Assembly (NCBI GenBank): GCA_001773575.1
Contig: MEXB01000007.1
Span: 1 to 49,999, forward strand
DNA length: 49,999 nt
Direction of reading: 5' to 3'
Source of the DNA: Candidatus Adlerbacteria bacterium RIFOXYC1_FULL_48_26
Lineage (GTDB): Bacteria > Patescibacteriota > Minisyncoccia > Phycocordibacterales > SBAW01
A program made the translations under genes and the position numbers. Below, one piece after another: positions 38,525 to 45,950 of this stretch (position 1 is its first letter; the number at the start of each line of letters is the position of its first letter). The notes under the pieces were generated by a model, which made no database searches, was not told the origin of the DNA, and saw only the letters and a list, made by a program, of their open reading frames with translations.

Positions 38525-38896
38525 ATGTCAGCCATTCGAAACATTTTTCTCGTAGCAGTATGTGCGGCAGTATTAGTGTTTGCGGGTTGCAACGTCAACG
38601 AAGCACGCGCGCATGACCCGCTTACACACCAGGCCAACGGCTACTCGTCGGCCAAAAACAAATCAAAGGGTCTGTGCTGCGACGGCAACGACTTCACCTA
38701 CATCAACCCCTACTCGTGGGAACGCACGGACAAAGGTTTCCGCGTCCACATCCAGGGGAAATCGATTGATGTTCCTGCCGATGCCGAAGTGGAGAACATG
38801 AAGAACCCCGACGGTGAGGCAAAGGTATGGCTCTACTTGGACGCGGACACGAACACCCTTAAGGCTCGCTGTTTTATGCCTGGCATAGAAAGTTAG
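38525..38896 (+). CDS. exported/lipoprotein hypothetical protein (orphan cassette)
   Basis: Signal peptide with FAG-C lipobox-like site; CCDGND and RCFMPG. Confidence 0.75.
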   Translation: MSAIRNIFLVAVCAAVLVFAGCNVNEARAHDPLTHQANGYSSAKNKSKGLCCDGNDFTYINPYSWERTDKGFRVHIQGKSIDVPADAEVENMKNPDGEAKVWLYLDADTNTLKARCFMPGIES

Positions 38897-38909
38897 TGTT
38901 GAAAAACAC

Positions 38910-38939
38910 AACTGCCTCCTCGTGGGGCAGTTTTCTTTT
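38910..38939 (+). terminator. intrinsic terminator
   Basis: AACTGCCTC..GGGGCAGTT followed by a T-tract. Confidence 0.8.
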
Positions 38940-39011
38940 GCACATAAAGACTATTGACGAATCTTGGACGAGTGGTACTGTTTCCCTTGGAGGAATGACC
39001 AGGAGGAAATC

Positions 39012-39263
39012 ATGTCCGAACAACAATCTGAACGGGTATTCGTGAAGGTGTTTGGTTTGAGTGTCCCTGTCGTGGATCCAGAACGCCGAGGGCTTGGCGG
39101 CAACGATGTGGAATTGAGCTTCACTGTCGGGAACCTGTTCTTGCGGTTCCAGCGTATCGGCAACACCTGGCGAGACGGCCGTCGGCAGAAGCCTATCGAT
39201 TCGCGCTTCTTCGAAGTCCTCGGAACTATTATGGAGTCGGCTCACCCTGTGATGCCGGCGTAA
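39012..39263 (+). CDS. small hypothetical protein (orphan cassette)
   Basis: TTGACG-N16-TACTGT promoter, AGGAGG SD and terminator at 39274-39307. Confidence 0.7.
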   Translation: MSEQQSERVFVKVFGLSVPVVDPERRGLGGNDVELSFTVGNLFLRFQRIGNTWRDGRRQKPIDSRFFEVLGTIMESAHPVMPA

Positions 39264-39273
39264 CTACCTCAAT

Positions 39274-39307
39274 AAGGCGCGCGGAATTTCCGCCGCCTTT
39301 TTCTTTT
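39274..39307 (+). terminator. intrinsic terminator
   Basis: AAGGCG-c-GCGGAA/TTCCGC-CGCCTT followed by a T-tract. Confidence 0.8.
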
Positions 39308-39319
39308 ACCAACATACGT

Positions 39320-39328
39320 TTATCCACA
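39320..39328 (+). promoter_or_regulatory. perfect DnaA box
   Basis: TTATCCACA about 20 nt upstream of TTGACA (39349). Confidence 0.4.
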
Positions 39329-39414
39329 AGCACTCTCCCCAATCGCGCTTGACAAATTTGTATAAATAGAGGATAATATAAGTAGAAGACCCCTCAATAA
39401 ACCAGGAGACAACG

Positions 39415-39660
39415 ATGAGAGAGATTCCTCCTCAAGTTGCTGCAGCGATTAGGCACGAGGACATTTACGCCCTCAAGCTTATGGGGCGTGCGGGTGGCAG
39501 AACCACCCAAAGAAGGCGCGACATCAGGAAAGCTGTCGACAAGATCTTCGACGAGCGAGCCCGGCAGGAATTCTATGACCGAGCGCGTGAGGCGCACGAA
39601 GACCTGGTCCGAGTGGACGATAGTCCGGTGGGACTGGCTTTTTTTCATGAAGACGAATAA
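39415..39660 (+). CDS. small hypothetical protein with KGG-like motif (orphan cassette)
   Basis: MGRAGGR; TTGACA-N17-GATAAT promoter; AGGAG SD. Confidence 0.72.
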   Translation: MREIPPQVAAAIRHEDIYALKLMGRAGGRTTQRRRDIRKAVDKIFDERARQEFYDRAREAHEDLVRVDDSPVGLAFFHEDE

Positions 39661-39664
39661 GTGC

Positions 39665-39697
39665 AAGGGCGGCCATCCACCGATGAGCCGCCCTTTT
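39665..39697 (+). terminator. intrinsic terminator
   Basis: AAGGGCGGC-catc-cacc-gatg-a-GCCGCCCTT-TT. Confidence 0.75.
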
Positions 39698-39711
39698 GCT
39701 ATACTGAGCGT

Positions 39712-39960
39712 ATAACACCTCAAGAACGCATTTCTCAAATATCGCACGACCTTCGCAATTCACTCGCGGTCGTGTATAGCCATGCCCAGCTTCTGCAGCT
39801 TATGCTTGAGAAAAAGAAGTCGGCAGAATATGACACCGCGACTGAACTCGTAGGTTCCATAGAACAAATGCAATCAACGTTCACCCAGAAGATGGATGAG
39901 CTCAAAGAAATTCCCCCCGCCGATGGCGGGGTTCACTCGAAACTCAGTGACGCTGCGTAA
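39712..39960 (+). CDS. stand-alone HisKA (DHp) domain protein, probable ATA start or decayed start
   Basis: ISHDLRNSLAVV H-box with no HATPase domain; TATACT-N6-ATA at 39712. Confidence 0.55.
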   Translation: MTPQERISQISHDLRNSLAVVYSHAQLLQLMLEKKKSAEYDTATELVGSIEQMQSTFTQKMDELKEIPPADGGVHSKLSDAA

Positions 39961-39998
39961 AATGAGTAGTACATATTACTCGTTAACCCACATGTATT

Positions 39999-40178
39999 AT
40001 GAAAGTTACACTTATTTGCAGTGAGTGCGGACACAAAGAAGGTAGCTCCTCAAACAAGGAGTTGATCAACAAAATCATCATGTGGAATCACGTGAAGAGG
40101 AGCCACCCGCGTACCGCCGAGCGTATTATGCGCCACTATAAGGTTGTGCCCGCCCATCTCTACGGCGTTGCAGCATAA
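39999..40178 (+). CDS. 59-aa C2H2-type zinc-binding microprotein (absent from ORF track)
   Basis: Manual translation MKVTLICSECGHKEGSSSNKELINKIIMWNHVKRSHPRTAERIMRHYKVVPAHLYGVAA; CxxC-x20-H-x4-H. Confidence 0.7.
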   Translation: MKVTLICSECGHKEGSSSNKELINKIIMWNHVKRSHPRTAERIMRHYKVVPAHLYGVAA

Positions 40179-40204
40179 GGCTGAGCTCCCCCACATGAAG
40201 TTTT

Positions 40205-40238
40205 CTTCATAATACCTTCATGTAATACTGCGTAGAGT
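40205..40238 (+). promoter_or_regulatory. OmpR/PmrA-type direct-repeat box plus -10
   Basis: CTTCAT-aatac-CTTCAT-N11-TAGAGT-N6-ATG of the response regulator. Confidence 0.6.
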
Positions 40239-40244
40239 GACTCT

Positions 40245-40919
40245 ATGAGACTCTTAATGATTGAAGACGAACAGGTCCTCGGGGCGAACCTTAAAAAAAT
40301 ATTAGAACTAAAGGGTTTTGCTGTTGACTGGGTATCTGAGGGCGACAAGGCTCTGACCCGCGCAACGCTCTATCACACCGACTATGACGTCATTGTCCTG
40401 GACCTTACCCTACCTGGGCTAGACGGCATGTCTCTCACAAAAAAAGTCCGTGAGGAAGGTATCAAGACTCCGATTATTATCCTAACCGGCAAGAACGAAA
40501 CTCATACAAAAGTTGAACTGTTGAACGCCGGTGCCGACGACTATGTCGTAAAACCATTCTCATCCGAAGAGCTTGTTGCACGCATCGGCTCAGTTGCTCG
40601 TCGCCCTCAAACACAGACCCCTGTGGTACACACTGTTGGCAGTATCACGGTAGATACGGCAACCCATAAAGTATTTCTCGATGGAGAAGAGATCAGTCTG
40701 ACATTAAAAGAATATGCGCTTCTAGAATGCTTCCTACGAAGACCGGGCGAAGTGTTTACTCGAGAAGAACTCTCTAACCACGTGTGGGACTTCAACAGTA
40801 TGACGTGGAGCAACGTGCTAGATGTACATATGAAAAATCTTCGTAAAAAACTTGAGCATGGCCCCTCCTCTCCCCGTTTTGAAACTGTACGAGGTGTAGG
40901 GTACCGATTTATCGCCTAA
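40245..40919 (+). CDS. OmpR/PhoB-family response regulator
   Basis: IEDE, LDLTLPGLDG, GADDYVVKPF, DVHMKNLRKKL and ETVRGVGY. Confidence 0.95.
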   Translation: MRLLMIEDEQVLGANLKKILELKGFAVDWVSEGDKALTRATLYHTDYDVIVLDLTLPGLDGMSLTKKVREEGIKTPIIILTGKNETHTKVELLNAGADDYVVKPFSSEELVARIGSVARRPQTQTPVVHTVGSITVDTATHKVFLDGEEISLTLKEYALLECFLRRPGEVFTREELSNHVWDFNSMTWSNVLDVHMKNLRKKLEHGPSSPRFETVRGVGYRFIA

Positions 40920-40921
40920 CT

Positions 40922-41320
40922 ATGCAGAAGCAACGTCGAGCTCGTCAGTCAAAAAACACTCGCACCATTTTGGTAGTGGACGACAATGAGGCGGCGGCTC
41001 AGATGCTTGCAAGGCTGCTACAACTGCGAGGCCATACCGTTAGCATTGCTCACAACGGACTGGACGCAATACATAAAGCACGAGAAGAGCAACCCGACAT
41101 TATAGTGCTGGATATCGGACTGCCTGATATCGATGGGTATGAAGTCGTGCGCATACTGCGAGACGAAAGTTCTTTTGTATCCCCCATCATTGCACTTACT
41201 GGGTACGGACAAAAAGATGATAAAGAGAGGGCACTGCAGGCTGGGTTTAATCATCACCTCACAAAACCGGTTGCTCTAAAAGAGCTCGAGCGAGCCTTCA
41301 AGAAAGTCTCTGCGCTGTAG
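40922..41320 (+). CDS. single-domain response regulator (REC)
   Basis: VVDDN, LDIGLPDIDG, ALTGYG and TKPV. Confidence 0.9.
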   Translation: MQKQRRARQSKNTRTILVVDDNEAAAQMLARLLQLRGHTVSIAHNGLDAIHKAREEQPDIIVLDIGLPDIDGYEVVRILRDESSFVSPIIALTGYGQKDDKERALQAGFNHHLTKPVALKELERAFKKVSAL

Positions 41321-41334
41321 GTATTTTATTGCTA

Positions 41335-41368
41335 TTTAATCATTTCTTCATCAGCATTTTTGTATACT
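41335..41368 (+). promoter_or_regulatory. second direct-repeat box plus -10
   Basis: TTTAAT-cattt-CTTCAT-N11-TATACT, with the same geometry as at 40205. Confidence 0.5.
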
Positions 41369-41374
41369 GGGAAT

Positions 41375-41475
41375 GTATAAAATAGTTCGAAACGCACTGG
41401 ACTAATATATGAAGAAACGGCTGATCTAAGCCGGGGAGGCCCTGAAGGACATAGTGCCGTGGGCCTCCCCGGCGC
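41375..41475 (+). ncRNA. candidate small RNA
   Basis: No sizeable ORF downstream of the boxed promoter; ends in a perfect 13-bp stem GCCGGGGAGGCCC/GGGCCTCCCCGGC (41430-41473). Confidence 0.35.
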
Positions 41476-41548
41476 ATTGGCATAAAATTGACAAGCTACT
41501 ATTTTTCCTTTAGAACCTAGATAGGATTCAACAACATATTGGTGTGTT

Positions 41549-41803
41549 ATGAACGTGCTCGAGTTCCTTAAGGCCGTCTTTATCACCGTGTTGGTGTGGG
41601 TAGCGTCGGGATGGGTCATCACCGACCTAACCGTTGGCCTTCTCCATACGCAACAGCTGATGGATGTGTCCTGCGGCACGGCGGCAGGCGAGCTCTTGAT
41701 CGGAGCAAAATCCATCCTCGTGTTCTATACCTTCCTGCGTCTCGTCTGGCCACAGATCAAGACGGGCTGGGAGTCTCTACGCAAGGTGACTCTCTCCTTC
41801 TAA
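41549..41803 (+). CDS. small two-TM hypothetical protein (orphan cassette)
   Basis: TTGACA-N17-TAGAAC promoter; GC-rich codons; terminator at 41808-41839. Confidence 0.7.
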   Translation: MNVLEFLKAVFITVLVWVASGWVITDLTVGLLHTQQLMDVSCGTAAGELLIGAKSILVFYTFLRLVWPQIKTGWESLRKVTLSF

Positions 41804-41807
41804 AACC

Positions 41808-41839
41808 TACCGCTTCCTTCCAAGGAGGCGGTATTTTTT
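41808..41839 (+). terminator. intrinsic terminator
   Basis: TACCGCTTCCTT/AAGGAGGCGGTA followed by T6. Confidence 0.8.
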
Positions 41840-42221
41840 ATCCGTAATATTTAAAGGCTCGATATCCAAAAAGGCACACCAGACAAAAGATTGCACAGAG
41901 AAGAAGAATTACGAGTGATGCAAGTGCTGGGTTTGTGATGTGGGAGAAAATCCACCACCCAACAATAAACCCAAGCTGGGCACCCACTATGTCGGACAGA
42001 GAATTTGTATACGCCTCGGTACGGGAAAGGCGGGTAATGCGTTCAACTAATTCCCATCCGATACCGATAGACAGGGCCATCCAAAATGCAGCTGCATATT
42101 CCATGGGCATAAGAAACGTGACATAGGAAATGAAGAAGCCTGATATTACGTGGGGTAGTGTCCAAAGGTCCACGTACTTCCCCCGCCATGTGCTATGTCG
42201 ATATAAAAATGGTCTGTGCAT
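41838..42221 (-). CDS. membrane hypothetical protein (H..WE..E..N..D putative metal-binding motif)
   Basis: DLWTLPH, WELVE and NSLSD. Confidence 0.72.
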   Translation of the reverse strand: MHRPFLYRHSTWRGKYVDLWTLPHVISGFFISYVTFLMPMEYAAAFWMALSIGIGWELVERITRLSRTEAYTNSLSDIVGAQLGFIVGWWIFSHITNPALASLVILLLCAIFCLVCLFGYRAFKYYG

Positions 42222-42253
42222 AAGTTAGTAAGACGTATAGTAGTATAGCCTGT

Positions 42254-42943
42254 GTGAAAATAGTTTTCCTAAACTGCTGGGACGGCAAGATAATGAACCC
42301 TCTCCTACAGTTTATTGAAGCACAGAAAATGGATACGGATGTGTTTTGTTTTCAAGAGGCAGGAGGCAACGTACAGACCGCGCTTGAAACCATACTAGGC
42401 TCCTACACTAAACTCTCCGCAGAAAAAAATATTCTCGACAGCTCTTTTACCCCCACACAAGTTACCTACGTACGTGCTGGCATAGAAGTAGTGCGCGAGT
42501 GCACCATACTCTCAGATAATCCGCATGCTGGACTTGGGATATACACGGAACTTGCTGTTGGCACAAAACCCCTACATCTCATAAATCTGCACGGATATCC
42601 GCATCCAGGAAAACTTGATACGCCAGGACGCCTTGAACAATCAAAGGTGTGTATAGATTTTTTGAAAAACCTCCCAGGCGTACGCATTATCGGCGGGGAC
42701 ATCAACGTTCTGCCAGAAACACAGAGTATCCAGATGTTTGGAAATGCCGGATATCAAGATCTTATTCAGACATTTTCTATACCGACCACGCGTAACCGTC
42801 TCGTGTGGGAACGTTTTCCAGACAACCCACTCTACTATTCAGACTATGTCTTTGTAGACCACAACACTACGGTCAAAAGTTTTACAGCTCCCACTATGGA
42901 GATATCAGACCATCTACCTATGATTCTTGAGATACAATTGTAA
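42254..42943 (+). CDS. endonuclease/exonuclease/phosphatase family protein
   Basis: LNCW, DVFCFQE, NLH, GGDIN, DYVF and SDHLP. Confidence 0.9.
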   Translation: MKIVFLNCWDGKIMNPLLQFIEAQKMDTDVFCFQEAGGNVQTALETILGSYTKLSAEKNILDSSFTPTQVTYVRAGIEVVRECTILSDNPHAGLGIYTELAVGTKPLHLINLHGYPHPGKLDTPGRLEQSKVCIDFLKNLPGVRIIGGDINVLPETQSIQMFGNAGYQDLIQTFSIPTTRNRLVWERFPDNPLYYSDYVFVDHNTTVKSFTAPTMEISDHLPMILEIQL

Positions 42944-42947
42944 GCAC

Positions 42948-43940
42948 ATGCGCACAAGACGAAAAAGGCAACCAAAATTGCTATATGTTTTGGCGGGGAT
43001 TATCGGTGGACTGATCATGTTGTTTTTTGCATTCCCAAGTATTGTTGTGTGGGAACAAAAAAATCTAGGTATCCAATCCCCCTTTCCGGTAAGTGTCGAC
43101 CCTATCAAAAAAACTATAAAGCCGAACGCTTCAGCCGACCTGTTGTTTGCTGACCCGACTTCAACCGAGGCGGCTGTCTTTAATGCCAAAGGAATATTTG
43201 CAGCTGTTGCGCGCGTTATCGCTGACACTCCCCTGTACCAATTTGCCGCAATAGAAGCTGGCATACCAAATATTCTTACGATCAACCCTGGCCTCCGAAA
43301 AGAACAGGTTGCTGCCCTTATTGGTAAAAGGCTTGGCTGGGACGCGAATAAGCAAAAACAATTTACCCAACTGCCACCTGTTTCAACCGTACAGCTAGAA
43401 GAAGGGACTATTGCTCCAGGCGATTATTCAATTGCAGCAGGAGACTCAATCCTTGCAGTACAAGAACAGGTTCAACAAAGATTCGAAGATGAAGTGCTTT
43501 CGCGCTACACACCAGCAGTGCAAAAAATTGTGCCGCTTGAACAAGGGCTAACTATCGCATCCATTATTGAACGCGAAACGAGCGACCCACAGGAAATGCG
43601 CATTATATCCGGCGTCATATGGAACCGTTTATTTGCCGATATGAAATTGCAAATGGATTCTACACTGCAGTATGCAAAAGCTACAGGCAAAGGTCCTTGG
43701 TGGCCACAAGTCGTGCCGCGCGACAAATATATCAAGTCTCCCTACAACACCTATCAAAACGAAGGTCTGCCACCGGGACCAATTTCTGCCCCAAGTACCG
43801 CGGCTGTACTAGCGGCCCTCAACCCTGTAAAAACCTCGTGCCTATACTATTTCCATGACGACGATGGGGAAATCTATTGCTCAGACACTTACGAACAGCA
43901 TGTCGGTTCGCTGAAAAAACTCTACGGCCAAGGGCGGTAA
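42948..43940 (+). CDS. mltG: endolytic transglycosylase MltG
   Basis: IASIIERE, NRL..MKLQMD and SPYNTY..GLPPGPI. Confidence 0.92.
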   Translation: MRTRRKRQPKLLYVLAGIIGGLIMLFFAFPSIVVWEQKNLGIQSPFPVSVDPIKKTIKPNASADLLFADPTSTEAAVFNAKGIFAAVARVIADTPLYQFAAIEAGIPNILTINPGLRKEQVAALIGKRLGWDANKQKQFTQLPPVSTVQLEEGTIAPGDYSIAAGDSILAVQEQVQQRFEDEVLSRYTPAVQKIVPLEQGLTIASIIERETSDPQEMRIISGVIWNRLFADMKLQMDSTLQYAKATGKGPWWPQVVPRDKYIKSPYNTYQNEGLPPGPISAPSTAAVLAALNPVKTSCLYYFHDDDGEIYCSDTYEQHVGSLKKLYGQGR

Positions 43941-43955
43941 TGTATACTTCATAGT

Positions 43956-44174
43956 ATGGAATGGATCATCGTGGGTGTTATAGTCCTGATCGTCTTTCTT
44001 CTCTTTTTAGGGCTATATTTCCGTGCTTCAGGCGCGGTTACCATAGCTGCAGAAGAGCAGGAAGAAATCGAGAAGGAGTCGCCCGAAGAACTTGAAAAGG
44101 AAGTGGAGCGAGAGGAAGAAAATGCTGAGTCCTCCAAAGCGGCGGACGACGAATTTCATTCAGCGCGCGGGTAG
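43956..44174 (+). CDS. small single-TM acidic protein
   Basis: TATACT-N7-ATG; N-terminal TM; Glu-rich tail. Confidence 0.65.
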   Translation: MEWIIVGVIVLIVFLLFLGLYFRASGAVTIAAEEQEEIEKESPEELEKEVEREEENAESSKAADDEFHSARG

Positions 44175-44195
44175 TCTTTGGTATACTGTTCCGAT

Positions 44196-45239
44196 ATGCA
44201 ATATCGGAAACTACCAGGCACTGACATGGAAGTGTCAGCAATTTGCCTTGGCACCATGAACTGGGGCCAGCAAAACACAGAAGAAGATGCACACGCACAA
44301 CTCGACTACGCAACAGCACACGGCGTAAATTTTATAGACACTGCGGAGATCTACCCTATTCCGCCTGACCGAACGAAACAAGGAACAACTGAAACATATC
44401 TTGGCTCCTGGCTTAAGAAAAGCGGGAAAAGAAAAGATCTTATCATTGCAAGCAAGGCTTCGTGCATGCTTCAGAAAAATTCTATGGGCACCCGTACGGC
44501 TGTCGGACTTACCCGCGCAGATATACGTGAAGCTATAGAAGGCTCACTCTTGCGCCTAGGAACCGACTACCTTGATCTCTACCAGATGCATGGGCCTGAC
44601 CGCATTACGAACGTGTGGGGCCGGTACGGAGTCGAAGACATTGATACGTCGCAAGACGGTGCGGCGATTGAAGAAACGCTCAGTGCGCTCGCCGAACTTG
44701 TTACAGAAGGAAAGGTGCGCGCAATTGGCGTGTCCAACGAAACACCCTGGGGCATCATGCAATATTTGAATGTGGCGCGCGAAAAAGGCTTCCCAAGAAT
44801 TTCTACTATTCAAAATCAATATTCCCTACTGAGCCGAAAGTTTGAAATTGGCCTGTCGGAAATGTGCCTACGTGAACATATCGGACTACTTGCCTATTCA
44901 GCACTTTCTATGGGGTCACTGACAGGTAAATATCTTGGCGGCGCTCGCCCACCAGCTGCACGCCTGACACTTACAGACCGCAACGCACACTACAACCCGC
45001 CACAATCTCAAGTTGCTATACAACGCTACGTAGATGTTGCCAAAAAGCACGGACTCGACCCAGCTGCTATGGCTATTGCCTTCGCTACTTCTCGCTCATT
45101 CACAACAAGCACAATCATTGGCGCCACCACGCTGGAACAGCTTGCTGTAGACATAGAAGCAGGAAATATAACTCTGTCTCCAGAAGTTATGAGCGATATC
45201 GCAGACATCCACCGCGAAATGCCCAACACCCACGCATAG
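44196..45239 (+). CDS. NADP(H)-dependent aldo-keto reductase (Tas-like)
   Basis: LGTMNWGQQN, FIDTAEIY, LDLYQMH, GVSNET and IQNQYSLL. Confidence 0.93.
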   Translation: MQYRKLPGTDMEVSAICLGTMNWGQQNTEEDAHAQLDYATAHGVNFIDTAEIYPIPPDRTKQGTTETYLGSWLKKSGKRKDLIIASKASCMLQKNSMGTRTAVGLTRADIREAIEGSLLRLGTDYLDLYQMHGPDRITNVWGRYGVEDIDTSQDGAAIEETLSALAELVTEGKVRAIGVSNETPWGIMQYLNVAREKGFPRISTIQNQYSLLSRKFEIGLSEMCLREHIGLLAYSALSMGSLTGKYLGGARPPAARLTLTDRNAHYNPPQSQVAIQRYVDVAKKHGLDPAAMAIAFATSRSFTTSTIIGATTLEQLAVDIEAGNITLSPEVMSDIADIHREMPNTHA

Positions 45240-45297
45240 TGTTTGATTTTATTTGAGTCTGTCGTACTATTCCAACAGAAAGAAGCAGGAGGAACAG

Positions 45298-45666
45298 ATG
45301 GGGGTCAAGATCCCTGTTGTACACCACTCAATTCGAAACGTTCGTAAAGGCATTACCTTCGATTGGCTCTTGGAGGATAAAAGACTGGAAGCTAAGCGTA
45401 ATTACAACGATGCGGCAGGTCGACTACACGAATGGAAGCGGTTTTTCCCACATCAGCACGTAAACCAGAGCGCCTTTGCACGTAGGTGCGTGCACGAAAT
45501 GATCGGGGCTTTCACTCGTTGGTTGATATATAAGGGTGAAGAGATCGAAGGAGATCTCCATCTCACAAGACTCTACGAGATACTTAATGAAACGCCCCCA
45601 CGTTTTCCTCCCCAAAGCCCCGCTCGATACGCGGGGCTTTTTACTTTATTAAAAATAATCGTATAG
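45298..45666 (+). CDS. hypothetical protein (orphan cassette); ORF reads through its terminator
   Basis: TTGATT-N16-TACTAT promoter and AGGAGG SD. Confidence 0.55.
   Translation: MGVKIPVVHHSIRNVRKGITFDWLLEDKRLEAKRNYNDAAGRLHEWKRFFPHQHVNQSAFARRCVHEMIGAFTRWLIYKGEEIEGDLHLTRLYEILNETPPRFPPQSPARYAGLFTLLKIIV
45614..45642 (+). terminator. intrinsic terminator inside ORF 3' end
   Basis: AAAGCCCCGC-tcgatac-GCGGGGCTTT-TT. Confidence 0.7.
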
Positions 45667-45699
45667 CAAAAAACACCCTTATTACGGGGCGTTTTTTGC
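45666..45699. terminator. terminator between convergent genes
   Basis: GCAAAAAACACCC..GGGCGTTTTTTGC. Confidence 0.7.
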
Positions 45700-45716
45700 G
45701 AACGTTCGAAACGAGT

Positions 45717-45881
45717 TTATTTAGCCTTAGGAAGGATTTTAAACATCTTAGTGCCGCAAACCGGACATACGCCCGACATTGCACGGCGATCTCCGCCGCC
45801 CTTGCCAGCAAATGAAACCTCTTTAGGGTCATTCATCTCCTGCTTAGCTTTGCACTTAACACAGTATGCGACTTCTGCCAT
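45717..45881 (-). CDS. DUF5679-like small zinc-ribbon protein
   Basis: AYCVKCK ... GVCPVCGTKMFKIL. Confidence 0.8.
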   Translation of the reverse strand: MAEVAYCVKCKAKQEMNDPKEVSFAGKGGGDRRAMSGVCPVCGTKMFKILPKAK

Positions 45882-45950
45882 TTGATATTCACTAACTACT
45901 AAAATCACGTTTTGCCCTGTTCTCCCAGTATACCGTATATACAAGGCTGT

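Noticed and set aside
37600-39700. integron attC array or CRISPR array
   Set aside because: The spacer hairpins differ in sequence, end in T-tracts and lack RYYYAAC/GTTRRRY ends or constant repeats; they are terminators.
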